Positions 9,444 through 18,774 are shown, numbered from the stretch's first letter. The stretch is DNA of 57,914 bases from an uncultured bacterium (GCA_964424285.1 CAYRIJ010000001.1:1-57914); one strand, 5' to 3'. Notes: a model not told the origin generated them from the sequence alone. Made by a program: numbers and translations.

Positions 9444-11057
9444 ATGATCCGGACCGGCCGGGCGGCCGGGCTTCACCTGGGCGCCGTGCTCCTGGCGGCG
9501 GGGTTGCTGGCCGCCGTCGCCCCCCCCGCGCGGGCGGTGGACGCTCTCTACCGGAACAACATCCAGACCGCGCGGCAGTTCATGAGCCGGGGCCAGCCCG
9601 AGCCCGCGGCCCAGCTCTACCAGCGGGTGTTGAAGGACCACCCCGACGATCCCGCCGCTTCCGGGGGCTACGCCGAGGCCCTGATCGCCATGGGGAAGCT
9701 CGACGACGCGGACGCGTTCCTCACCGAAGCGCTGGGCCGGATCCCCGAGAAGACGGATCTCTACCGCGTGCGCTCCGATCTGCGGGTGGCCCAGAAGCGA
9801 TACGGGGACGCGTTCGGCGACGTGCTCCAGGTGATGGAACTCGACCAGGCCCGCTCCACCTGGGCCATGCGACGCGCCCAGGAACTCCTCACCGCCGGAC
9901 TCGAGGCCAAGAAGGCGGAGAAGCTGACCGCCGAGGAACGGAAGAGCCACCCCGGGATGGCCGGACTCGCCATCATGGAGGGGGTGATCGTGAACCTGGG
10001 GGGGCGGGCGGACGAGGCTCTGGCGCTGGTCACCAAGGCCGACGACGCGGGAAAGATGAAGGGTCAGGCGGTCTCCACCTTCGCCGACGTGCTCACCTCG
10101 CTCGGGAAGGAGGGCGACGCGGTGGCCGCGCTCCAGAGCGCCGCGGACCGGGTGGACCAGCCGGCCATCCGCTCCAAGATCCTCTACCGGGTGGCCGAGG
10201 TCCAGGAGAGCCGGGGCCGGTACCGGGACGCCCTGGCCAGCCTCGACCGGATCGTCACCGAACGCCAGGGCACGAGCGCGGCGGGCAAGGCGCTCCTCAT
10301 GGCCGCGGACATCTACCAGAAGCACCTGAACGACCCCAAGGGCGCCCTGGCGGTCTACACCAGGATCAAGGACGACCCCATGCTGGGGCACCGGAAACCG
10401 GAGATGCTCCTCCAGATGGGCGAGTGCTACCTCCGGCTCGGCCGGTTCGACGAGGCGGGCACCGCGTACGAAGAGGTGGCTCCTCTGTCGGTGGATCCCG
10501 AAGAGGTGGAGAAGGCGGCCTTCGAGATGGCCGAGGTCCAGTTCTTCCGCGGAGACTTCGACTCGGCCATGGTCCTCTACCAGGACATGGCCCAGACCCA
10601 CCCGCGGAGCCTCCTGGCCGACGACGCCGCCGGACGCTACATCATGTTGAACAAGTATCAGGCTCTGGGGGGCGGGGCCGCGGTCCAGGCTCTGGGCCGG
10701 ATGGACTGGGCCCGGGCCGCCGGGGACACCGCGGTGGTGGACTCCGTGGCCGACCTCCTGATCGCGACCTATCCGGGGGGTGAGCTGGCCGCCGAGGCGC
10801 TTCTGGCCAAGGCGGACGTGGCCGCGACCCCCGAGGCCGCCCTGGGCTACCTGGACCGGCTGGTGGACGAGTACAAGGACGACCGCCGGGCGCCGGTAGC
10901 GCTCATGCGCGGGGGGAACCTCCTTCTCGAAAGGCTCGACCGCTCCGGCGAGGCCCTGGTCCGCTTCGAGAGCATTCTCACCGACTATCCCGAGAGCCTG
11001 GAGGCCCCCGAGGCCCGCCGGCTCGTGGAGAAACTGCGTCGTGAAGTCAAATCCTGA
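9444..11057 (+). CDS. secreted TPR-repeat protein
   Basis: Signal peptide (...LLAAVAPPARA). Repeated TPR-like helical pairs (AAQLYQRVLKDHPDDP, GRYRDALASLDRIV, LGRFDEAGTAYEEV, RGDFDSAMVLYQDMAQTHP). Confidence 0.75.
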   Translation: MIRTGRAAGLHLGAVLLAAGLLAAVAPPARAVDALYRNNIQTARQFMSRGQPEPAAQLYQRVLKDHPDDPAASGGYAEALIAMGKLDDADAFLTEALGRIPEKTDLYRVRSDLRVAQKRYGDAFGDVLQVMELDQARSTWAMRRAQELLTAGLEAKKAEKLTAEERKSHPGMAGLAIMEGVIVNLGGRADEALALVTKADDAGKMKGQAVSTFADVLTSLGKEGDAVAALQSAADRVDQPAIRSKILYRVAEVQESRGRYRDALASLDRIVTERQGTSAAGKALLMAADIYQKHLNDPKGALAVYTRIKDDPMLGHRKPEMLLQMGECYLRLGRFDEAGTAYEEVAPLSVDPEEVEKAAFEMAEVQFFRGDFDSAMVLYQDMAQTHPRSLLADDAAGRYIMLNKYQALGGGAAVQALGRMDWARAAGDTAVVDSVADLLIATYPGGELAAEALLAKADVAATPEAALGYLDRLVDEYKDDRRAPVALMRGGNLLLERLDRSGEALVRFESILTDYPESLEAPEARRLVEKLRREVKS

Positions 11058-12342
11058 CTCGTTCCCGGCCCGGCTTCGGGGCCTCGGTCTGGCCGCCGCG
11101 GCGGCCGCGATCCTCCTGGCCCTCATTCCCGCCCCCGCTTCGGCCAAGATCCTCGTCCCCATGGACCTGAAGCAGACCGATCATCTGAAGGCCTACGGCC
11201 TGGCCTACTGGGAACTGGCCCGCGGGCACAACGTGGAGTGGCTCCTCAACTACCGCGGCGGATCGTTCTTCTTCGAGGACGACCCCGCGGTGCTCCGGGA
11301 GGCGAAGATCCGGGGGGTGCTCACCCAGGCGGTCTCCGACGCCGACGTCACCTCGATCTACGCGGACATCGAGCAGAACAACATGGACGTGGTGCTCCTG
11401 GAGAAGGCGCCCCGGGTGGCCATCTACATCCCGCCGGGGTTCGTGCCCTGGGACGACGCGGTGACCCTGGCCTTCACCTACGCCGACATCCCCTTCACCC
11501 CGATCTGGGACGACGAGGTGCTGGGCGGCGATCTCTCCAAGTACGACTGGCTCCACCTCCATCACGAGGACTTCACCGGCCAGTACGGGAAGTTCTACGC
11601 CACCTTCCGGGGAGCCGACTGGTACCGCGCCCAGGTGGCGCAGCTGGAGGCCGAGGCCCACAAGCTGGGCTACAAGAAGGTGAGCGAGGAGAAGAAGGCG
11701 GTGGCGGAGACCATCAAGGACTGGGTGGCGCGGGGGGGGTTCCTGTTCGCCATGTGCAGCGCCACCGACACCTTCGACATCGCCCTCGCCGCCCACGGGG
11801 TCGACATCTGCGCCCCGGAGTTCGACGGGGATCCCATGGACCCCGACGCCGACCGCAAGCTGGATTTCTCCCGCACCCTGGCCTTCCAGAACTTCCATCT
11901 GGTCACCAACCCGTACGAGTACGAGTTCTCGGATATCGACATGACCAACCAGGTGGCCCGGCAGCGGGGAGAGCAGAACGACTACTTCACCCTCTTCGAG
12001 TTCTCGGCCAAGCAGGACCCGGTGCCCACCATGCTCACCCAGGACCACACCAACGTGGTGAAGGGTTTCCTCGGCCAGACCACCAGCTTCAACAAGAAGC
12101 TCCTGAAGGACGGCGTCCTGGTCCTGGGGGAGCCGGAGGGGTGGCCGGACGTCCGCTACATCCACGGGGACTTCGGGAAGGGGACCTGGACCTTTCTGGG
12201 CGGGCACGACCCCGAGGACTGGGAGCACCGGGTGGGGGACCCGCCCACCGATCTATCCCTCCACAAGAACTCTCCGGGATACCGGCTGATCCTGGACAAC
12301 GTGCTCTTCCCGGCCGCCGAACGGAAGAAACAGAAGACGTGA
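11041..12342 (+). CDS. secreted conserved hypothetical protein, possible class-I glutamine-amidotransferase-like fold
   Basis: GTG start overlaps the TPR gene by 17 nt. Signal peptide ...LIPAPASA. Good protein-like composition. ARGGFLFAMCSATDTFDIAL looks like a nucleophile-elbow Cys. No named family confidently recognised. Confidence 0.7.
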   Translation: MKSNPDSFPARLRGLGLAAAAAAILLALIPAPASAKILVPMDLKQTDHLKAYGLAYWELARGHNVEWLLNYRGGSFFFEDDPAVLREAKIRGVLTQAVSDADVTSIYADIEQNNMDVVLLEKAPRVAIYIPPGFVPWDDAVTLAFTYADIPFTPIWDDEVLGGDLSKYDWLHLHHEDFTGQYGKFYATFRGADWYRAQVAQLEAEAHKLGYKKVSEEKKAVAETIKDWVARGGFLFAMCSATDTFDIALAAHGVDICAPEFDGDPMDPDADRKLDFSRTLAFQNFHLVTNPYEYEFSDIDMTNQVARQRGEQNDYFTLFEFSAKQDPVPTMLTQDHTNVVKGFLGQTTSFNKKLLKDGVLVLGEPEGWPDVRYIHGDFGKGTWTFLGGHDPEDWEHRVGDPPTDLSLHKNSPGYRLILDNVLFPAAERKKQKT

Positions 12343-12561
12343 GCCCGGGGGGGGCGGCTCCCGGACCGGATCCACCTGGACCCCGGGCGTTTGCCGGGGG
12401 GGGGACGGGGGCGCGCCGGACGCGTGAGCTTCGCCCTTGACGGACGCCTAAACCGGCGGGAAACTACGTGCTTGCGTCGTTCCCCGTGCATCCCGCAGCG
12501 GTCCCGGCATGTCGGTTCCGGCATGGGGTGGAATATCCTGAGTAGGGATGGGAGGTAGTCG

Positions 12562-12762
12562 ATGTCGCTCGAAGACCGAGGGTTCCCGGACTGTTTGAAA
12601 TGCAATAACGGGCTGCTTCTTCCGCTCTCCGACTACGGCCGTGACGGAGCGCCGATCCGGTACAAGGCCTGGGTCTGCTCGAATCCCAACTGCGGATTCA
12701 ACGTACGGATCGACAACGGGGAGATTTCCATCGGAAGGACCATCGGCACCTCGGTGAAGTAA
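12562..12762 (+). CDS. 66-aa zinc-ribbon protein
   Basis: GGGAGG 7 nt upstream of the ATG. CxxC (CLKC) and CxxxxC (CSNPNC) pairs 29 aa apart. Sits after a 220-bp intergenic gap that is visibly less GC-rich. Confidence 0.55.
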   Translation: MSLEDRGFPDCLKCNNGLLLPLSDYGRDGAPIRYKAWVCSNPNCGFNVRIDNGEISIGRTIGTSVK

Positions 12763-12811
12763 CCCCGCCGCTTCCTTCGTTCGCGACCGCCCGTCGAAAG
12801 GAGCCCTGCCC

Positions 12812-13552
12812 GTGATCCGCGCGGTCATCTTCGACCTCGACAACACGCTCACCGATTTCATGCGTGTGAAGGAGGTCGCGATCGAATCCGCGGCCGACAA
12901 CATGCTGGACGCCGGGCTCGACGCCCGGCTGCCGCGCTCGGAAGGGGAATCGGCCCGCGACCGGACGGTGCGACGGATCCGGGAGATCTACGACCGGGAG
13001 GGGATCGAATACCAGAAGGTGTTCAACACCTTCCTCCAGGAGGAGCTGGGGGAGGTGGACTACAAGTTCCTGGCCGCGGCCATCGTCGGCTATCGCCGCG
13101 CCCGGGATTCGGCCCTGGTTCCCTACCCTCACGTGCTCCTCACCCTTCATCAGCTCATGCGGCGGGGGCTCAAGCTCGGGGTGGTGAGCGACGCCCCCCG
13201 CGAAGGCGCCTGGCTCCGCCTGGTTTCCCTGAACCTCCACCACGTCTTCGACCAGGTGGTGACCTTCGAGGACACCGGTGTTCGCAAACCCGACCCCGCT
13301 CCCTTCCGCCTGGCCCTCCGCCGGCTGGGCGTCGCCGCCGAAGCGGCGCTCATGGTGGGGGACTGGCCGGACCGGGACATGGCCGGGGCCAAGGCGCTGG
13401 GGATGCACACGGTGTTCGCCCACTACGGGTTCTCGTGGTCCAAGGACCGGGACCCCATCGACATGCATCCCGCGGATCACGCGATCCACGACGTCCTGGA
13501 GCTGGTGGACATCGTGGACGGGCTGAACCGGGAGGGAGAGGCCGCGTCCTGA
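12812..13552 (+). CDS. HAD-superfamily hydrolase (subfamily IA-like phosphatase)
   Basis: GTG start with GAAAGGAG upstream. Motif I IFDLDNTL, later VVSDAPR and MVGDWPDRDMAGA (motifs II-IV). Confidence 0.8.
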   Translation: MIRAVIFDLDNTLTDFMRVKEVAIESAADNMLDAGLDARLPRSEGESARDRTVRRIREIYDREGIEYQKVFNTFLQEELGEVDYKFLAAAIVGYRRARDSALVPYPHVLLTLHQLMRRGLKLGVVSDAPREGAWLRLVSLNLHHVFDQVVTFEDTGVRKPDPAPFRLALRRLGVAAEAALMVGDWPDRDMAGAKALGMHTVFAHYGFSWSKDRDPIDMHPADHAIHDVLELVDIVDGLNREGEAAS

Positions 13553-13603
13553 CCGGGAGCGTTCCGGGGGGATCGCGCCCGCGCCCGAACCTCGAGGAGA
13601 CGG

Positions 13604-13975
13604 ATGTCCCCCACTAGCGACTGGGAGTTCGCCATCGGCGTGGATATCGCCGAGGTGGTCCGGATTCGGGCCGCGGTGCGCCGCTGGGGGGACCGCTTCC
13701 TGAAACGCCACTTCACCGACCAGGAGATCGCCTACTGCCGGGGGAAGGCGCGTCCGGCGGAGTCCCTGGCCGCCCGGTTCGCGGCCAAGGAAGCGTTCGC
13801 CAAGGCCTATCCCGGCCCGGAAACCCTGGCCTGGAAGGACGTGGAGGTGGTTCGCGAAGGAAAGCGGCCGGAGTACCGGCTTCACGGCCCCGCCGCCCGG
13901 TGCGAGGCCAAGCTCTCCCTCTCCCACACCCACGCCCACGCGGTGGCGGTGGCCATGGTGCGTTGGAAATCGTAA
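13604..13975 (+). CDS. acpS: holo-[acyl-carrier-protein] synthase
   Basis: IGVDIAEVVRI...FTDQEIAYC...LAARFAAKEAFAKA...LSLSHTHAHAVAVAMV; typical size of 123 aa. Confidence 0.85.
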   Translation: MSPTSDWEFAIGVDIAEVVRIRAAVRRWGDRFLKRHFTDQEIAYCRGKARPAESLAARFAAKEAFAKAYPGPETLAWKDVEVVREGKRPEYRLHGPAARCEAKLSLSHTHAHAVAVAMVRWKS

Positions 13976-13997
13976 GACCCTGAACAGCGAGGCATTC

Positions 13998-15584
13998 ATG
14001 CGACGACTGGTGACTTCGGATGAAATGAGGGGGATGGACCGGGAGGCGATCGAGGACCGGAAGATCCCGGGGTACGACCTCATGGAGCGGGCCGGGCACG
14101 GAGTCGCCGAATCCATCCTGGCCAACTTCAGCGACCTGGAAGACGCCAGGGTGGTGGTCCTGGCCGGCCCCGGCAACAACGGCGGCGACGGGTTCGTGGT
14201 CGCCCGGGTCCTGGACGAGGCCGACATGCGGCCGGTGGTGATCCTGGTGGGAACCGAGCCGGACCGGCTCACCGGGGACGCGGCCCGGGCCTACGCGGAC
14301 TGGACCAAGGCGGACGGGGAGACCCTGGCCGCCCCGGATGAAGCGGCCTGGAAAGCGGCGCGGGACGAGCTGGTCGAGGCCGACCTGGTGGTGGACGCGC
14401 TTCTGGGGACCGGAACCAAGGGAGCCCCGCGCGGGCTCATCGGCGAGGTGGTGGTGGAGCTGGAGGACGTGGGGGTTCCCATCGTGGCGGTGGACGTTCC
14501 CACCGGGGTGGACGCCGACGACGGCCGGGTGGAGGGGGCCTGCGTGAACGCGGACCTCACCGTGACCATGGCCCTCCCCAAACGGGGGCACTTCTTCTTT
14601 CCGGGACGCGCGTTCACCGGCGCCCTGGAGTGGGTGGACATCGGGATCCCCGAGGACGTCCTGGAACGGGGCGAGGGGCTCCGGGCCTACGTGATCGAGG
14701 CCGAGGACGTCATGGAGCGGCTTCCCGACCGTGAACCGGAGATGCACAAGGGGGACCGCGGGCGGCTCCTGGTGGTGGGGGGAAGCGCCGGGCTCACCGG
14801 GGCGGTGACCCTGTCCTCCCGGGCCGCGGTACGGGCGGGGGCGGGCCTGGTGACCGCCGGGGTGCCCCTGAGCCTGAACGATGTCCTGGAGTTGAAGCTC
14901 ACCGAGGTCATGACGCTCCCCCTCCCCGAGCTGGAGGTCCGGGCGCTGAGCCGCGAGGCCTTCGACTCCATCGCCCTGTTCCAACCCGGACGGCTCACCG
15001 CGCTGGCGGTGGGACCGGGGGCGGGACGGCACCCCAGCACCCGGGCCCTGATCCAGCGCATCATCAGGGAGATCGATCTCCCCACCGTGCTCGACGCCGA
15101 CGGCCTGAACGCCTTCGCCGGCGAGGCCGATCTCCTGCGCTCGAGCGCGGCGGGAAGCCGGCTGGTCCTCACCCCGCACCCGGGGGAATTCGCGGCGTTG
15201 ACCGGCGAGAACATGGACGCCGCACCGGAACGCCGGATGGAGACGGCCTCGAAGTGGGCGCGGCGCCTCGGGGCGGTGATCGTGCTCAAGGGGGCGCCCA
15301 CGGTGATCGCCGACCCCCAGAGCGACACCGTCTACGTGAACCCCACCGGCTCCGAGGCCCTGGCCACCGGGGGAACCGGCGACGTGCTGACCGGCCTCAT
15401 CTCCGGCTTCATGGCCCAGGGCCTGGATTCGCTGGACGCCGCCGTGGCCGGGGTGTTCCTCCACGGCTACACCGCGGACTACGTGGTGGAGGACTGGGGC
15501 TCGATCTACGGTTTCCAGGCCGGGGACCTCGTGGACTGGTTCCCCATGGCCATGGGCTATTTCCTGAACCCGCCGGAATTGTGA
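13998..15584 (+). CDS. nnr: bifunctional NAD(P)H-hydrate repair enzyme (epimerase + ADP-dependent dehydratase)
   Basis: N-terminal YjeF_N (VVVLAGPGNNGGDGFVVAR) and C-terminal carbohydrate-kinase-like domain (KGDRGRLLVVGGS...GPG...VLKGAPTVIA...ATGGTGDVLTG). Confidence 0.9.
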   Translation: MRRLVTSDEMRGMDREAIEDRKIPGYDLMERAGHGVAESILANFSDLEDARVVVLAGPGNNGGDGFVVARVLDEADMRPVVILVGTEPDRLTGDAARAYADWTKADGETLAAPDEAAWKAARDELVEADLVVDALLGTGTKGAPRGLIGEVVVELEDVGVPIVAVDVPTGVDADDGRVEGACVNADLTVTMALPKRGHFFFPGRAFTGALEWVDIGIPEDVLERGEGLRAYVIEAEDVMERLPDREPEMHKGDRGRLLVVGGSAGLTGAVTLSSRAAVRAGAGLVTAGVPLSLNDVLELKLTEVMTLPLPELEVRALSREAFDSIALFQPGRLTALAVGPGAGRHPSTRALIQRIIREIDLPTVLDADGLNAFAGEADLLRSSAAGSRLVLTPHPGEFAALTGENMDAAPERRMETASKWARRLGAVIVLKGAPTVIADPQSDTVYVNPTGSEALATGGTGDVLTGLISGFMAQGLDSLDAAVAGVFLHGYTADYVVEDWGSIYGFQAGDLVDWFPMAMGYFLNPPEL

Positions 15585-15648
15585 GCGGGGAAGCGCGAGG
15601 TGTCTCGCCCCCGGCGGCCGGGGGCTCGGCGCAACCAGGGGGGCGAAC

Positions 15649-18156
15649 ATGAACCTGACGAGGGCGACGACGAGGGCGGCGGGGGTCCGGCTGGCGGCCA
15701 TGGCGATCCTCCTGGCCGCGGCGGCGGGAACCGCGGCGGCGGCGGAGTGGGTCCCCCCCTACGAGTACTCCTTCTACCGCTTCGCGGCCGAGACCCAGGA
15801 CGCGGCCTCGACCTTTCTGAACCCCGCCGGCCTGGCCGGAGGGGTGGGCACCAACCTTCTGCTGGAGCTATCCGGGAACCAGGACGTCCGGGACGAGTTC
15901 GTGGCCGCCATGCAGGGGGGGCCGTGGGGCTTCACCTACCGGCACCGGGACCTGGTGGGCGTTCCCCGCGCCTCCATCGAGGGCGACGGGATCGCGATCG
16001 TCCCCACCCACGCCGACCTCGACACCTACACCTTCGGGGCCGCGGTGGGCCCGCGGTGGATGAGGATCGGCGCGGCCCGGGTGTGGGGGAACGTGGACCG
16101 CCCCGGGAACGATCTCCGGACCTGGTCCCTGGGTCTCCAGTCGCGTCCCCTCCGCCAGCTCGCCTTCGGCTTCACCGTGGAGAACCCCGGCCATCCCCGG
16201 TATCTCGACGCCCGGCTCGACCCCCGCTACACCTACGGGGCGGCCTTCCGGCCCCTTCCCGCATCCCCCGAGCTCCTCACCCTGAACGTGCAGGGAAGCC
16301 ACGCCGACGGCTCGAGCCGGATCGACATGGCCTACGGGGCCCGGGTCCTGGCCCCCCGGGGGATCGAGGTGGCCCTGGCCGTCCGCGACCGGAACGGGCT
16401 CTCCCCGGAGTTCGGCCTCTCGGTGACCGGGCACTTCGGACACGGGGCGGCCTCGGCCCGGTCGCGGAGCGTGAAGGGAACCGGTGAGGACGTCCGGGGC
16501 TCGGTGGCGGTCCAGGTCTACGACGAGTTCTGGCGGCGCTCGATGGCCGCGAAGCGGAGCGTGGCCGTCCTGCGTCTCGACGGGACCTACGAGGACACCG
16601 CCAGCGGCTTCGTGCTGATGGGGGGGGAGACCCACGGCGCCCTCGACGTCATCCGCCGCATCCACGACGCGGCCGAGGATCCCGACGTGAGCGCCCTGGC
16701 CCTTCGGATCGGGAACGTGTCCGGGTCGTTCCTCGGCCCGGTGAGCGCGCAGACCGAGGAGATCCGCCACGCCCTGGTCGCCTTCCGCGGGAGCGGCAAG
16801 CCGGTGGTGGCCTACCTGGAGAACGTGGGGGGCGCCCCGGAGATGTACCTGGCCTCGGCCGCCGACCGCATCGTGATGCCCCCCTTGACCGGGGTCCAGG
16901 GCATCGGGGTCTCGGTGCATCTCACCCGCATGAAGCGGATGTTCGAGAAGATCGGGGTGGAGTGGGATGCCGACACCGCCGGGGTCTACAAGTCCACCTT
17001 CCACACCTGGTACACCGACTCCACCTCGGCCGCCCAGCGCGAGGAGATCGAGTCCTTGGTGGACGCCTCCTACCGTCACCTGATCGACACCATTCAGACC
17101 GCGCGGGGGATCTCCGACCGGGACATGGCGGACATCGGCTCCGGCCGGATCGTCTTCCCCGAGGACTGCGTGCGGATGAAGCTGGTGGACCGGCTCGGCT
17201 GGTGGGACGACGCCCTCACCGAAGCGGGGGAACTCGCGGGCGGCCCCCCCGAGAAGAAGCCTCCGGCCATGCCCCTCCCGGATCGTGCCTACTGGAGCGA
17301 GCGATGGGTCCCGCCCCCCGCGGTGGCGCTGGTCCCGGTCTACGGGGACATCGCCTCGGGAAAGAGCGGCCGGAACTGGCTCCAGGGCGGGCGCACCATG
17401 GGCTCGGAGACCGTGGTGGGGCAGCTTCGGGCCGCCGCCGCCTCCCCGTCGGTCCGGGCCGTCGTTCTCCGGGTGGATTCCGGCGGGGGGGCGGTCCTGG
17501 CCTCGGAGGAGATGCGGAAGGAGATCCGGCGGATCAAGCGGGAACGGAAGATCCCCTTCCTGGTCTCCATGGGCTCGGTGGCGGCGAGCGGCGGCTACTG
17601 GATCTCCATGGACGCGGACACGATTCTCGCCGACGCCATGACGGTGACCGGGAGCATCGGGGTGGTGTGGTCGCTACCCGTGCTCCAGAACCTGTACGAG
17701 AAGGCCGGGCTGACCTCGGAGACCTTCAAGCGGGGGGAGCACACCGACATGTTCTCCTGGTATCGCCACTACACCCCCGAGGAGAAGCGGATGCTCGACG
17801 CCTCCCTCGACTACCTCTACGACGCCTTCGTCAAGGGGGTGGCGGAGGGCCGGGGCCTCCCCGAGGCCCGGGTGCGGGAGATCGCCCAGGGGCGGGTGTA
17901 CTTCGGGGATCGGGCCCGGGAACTCGGCTTGATCGACGGCATCGGGACGCTCGGGGACGCGGAGAGGGTGGCGGCGGCCAAGGCGGGCATCGGCGACGAC
18001 TACCGGGTGCTCACCTTCGGCGCGCCGGCGCGGACCGGCTTCCTGACCCGGGCCCTGGCCTGGGCGGGGCTTCGTTCCCCCTTCCCCGAAGGGCTCCGGC
18101 TGCCGCTTCTCGCCGGGGGAGCGGACCCCGGCCTCTCCCCGCCGCGGCTTCAATAA
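15649..18156 (+). CDS. sppA: signal peptide peptidase SppA, 67K type (two S49 domains), with an extra ~280-aa N-terminal beta-rich module
   Basis: Signal peptide. The N-terminal module contains TFLNPAGLAGG. Then two ClpP/S49-like halves (VAVLRLDG...KPVVAYLE... and AVVLRVDSGGGAVLASEEM...FLVSMGSVAASGGYWISM). Confidence 0.85.
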   Translation: MNLTRATTRAAGVRLAAMAILLAAAAGTAAAAEWVPPYEYSFYRFAAETQDAASTFLNPAGLAGGVGTNLLLELSGNQDVRDEFVAAMQGGPWGFTYRHRDLVGVPRASIEGDGIAIVPTHADLDTYTFGAAVGPRWMRIGAARVWGNVDRPGNDLRTWSLGLQSRPLRQLAFGFTVENPGHPRYLDARLDPRYTYGAAFRPLPASPELLTLNVQGSHADGSSRIDMAYGARVLAPRGIEVALAVRDRNGLSPEFGLSVTGHFGHGAASARSRSVKGTGEDVRGSVAVQVYDEFWRRSMAAKRSVAVLRLDGTYEDTASGFVLMGGETHGALDVIRRIHDAAEDPDVSALALRIGNVSGSFLGPVSAQTEEIRHALVAFRGSGKPVVAYLENVGGAPEMYLASAADRIVMPPLTGVQGIGVSVHLTRMKRMFEKIGVEWDADTAGVYKSTFHTWYTDSTSAAQREEIESLVDASYRHLIDTIQTARGISDRDMADIGSGRIVFPEDCVRMKLVDRLGWWDDALTEAGELAGGPPEKKPPAMPLPDRAYWSERWVPPPAVALVPVYGDIASGKSGRNWLQGGRTMGSETVVGQLRAAAASPSVRAVVLRVDSGGGAVLASEEMRKEIRRIKRERKIPFLVSMGSVAASGGYWISMDADTILADAMTVTGSIGVVWSLPVLQNLYEKAGLTSETFKRGEHTDMFSWYRHYTPEEKRMLDASLDYLYDAFVKGVAEGRGLPEARVREIAQGRVYFGDRARELGLIDGIGTLGDAERVAAAKAGIGDDYRVLTFGAPARTGFLTRALAWAGLRSPFPEGLRLPLLAGGADPGLSPPRLQ

Positions 18157-18183
18157 CCGCCGGCCCGGGTTCGTCCGCGGCGG

Positions 18184-18774
18184 CTACCGGAACCGGAACC
18201 GCGCCTCGGGACCGTCCTCGTCGAACATGCCGAGGCTCGCCGCCCGCATGCGGGTCCGCGCCTCGAGCTCCAGGAGCTGGGTCTTGACGTCCAGCCCGTA
18301 GGCGTATCCCCCCAATCGTCCCCCCGAGCCCACCACCCGGTGGCAGGGAACGATGATGGGGATCGGATTGGCCCCGTTGGCGCCGCCCACCGCGCGCACC
18401 GCCGAGGGCTGGCCGATGGTCTGGGCGATCTCCTTGTAGGTCACGGTCTGCCCGTAGGGGATGTCGAGCAGGGCGTTCCAGACCCGGCGCTGGAACGGGG
18501 TCCCCTGCTCGAGGTCCAGGGGAAGGCGGAAGACGAGGCGATGGCCGGCGAAGTATTCCTCGAGCTGCTGTTTGACTTCGGTGAACGGGGCCATGGCCTC
18601 GCGGCCCACCGAACCGTAGGTGCGCTCGACCTGGAAGGGGAACCAGGCCGGGTCCACCTTCAGGAACACGGCGGCCAAGCGGTCTCCCCGGGCGACCAGG
18701 CCCAAGGGCCCCAGGGGGCTCTTCACCACGGCGCGGGTCAATGAAGGTTGGCTGAAATCGGCGGGCGAACGCAT
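18184..18774 (-). CDS. ogt: methylated-DNA--protein-cysteine methyltransferase
   Basis: PCHRVV active site, FQRRVWNALLDIPYGQTVTYKEIA. ATG at 18774 is preceded by AGGAGG (TTTAGGAGGCATTGTAATG). The rest of the 447-aa track ORF upstream is not coding-like. Confidence 0.9.
   Translation of the reverse strand: MRSPADFSQPSLTRAVVKSPLGPLGLVARGDRLAAVFLKVDPAWFPFQVERTYGSVGREAMAPFTEVKQQLEEYFAGHRLVFRLPLDLEQGTPFQRRVWNALLDIPYGQTVTYKEIAQTIGQPSAVRAVGGANGANPIPIIVPCHRVVGSGGRLGGYAYGLDVKTQLLELEARTRMRAASLGMFDEDGPEARFRFR

Noticed and set aside
4760-9445. 1561-aa minus-strand ORF
   Set aside because: It lies antisense to the DUF4159-like and giant membrane protein genes. The translation is dominated by L/G/R/V runs mirroring the sense-strand K/Q/E/D codons. 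It has no SD and no domain signatures.
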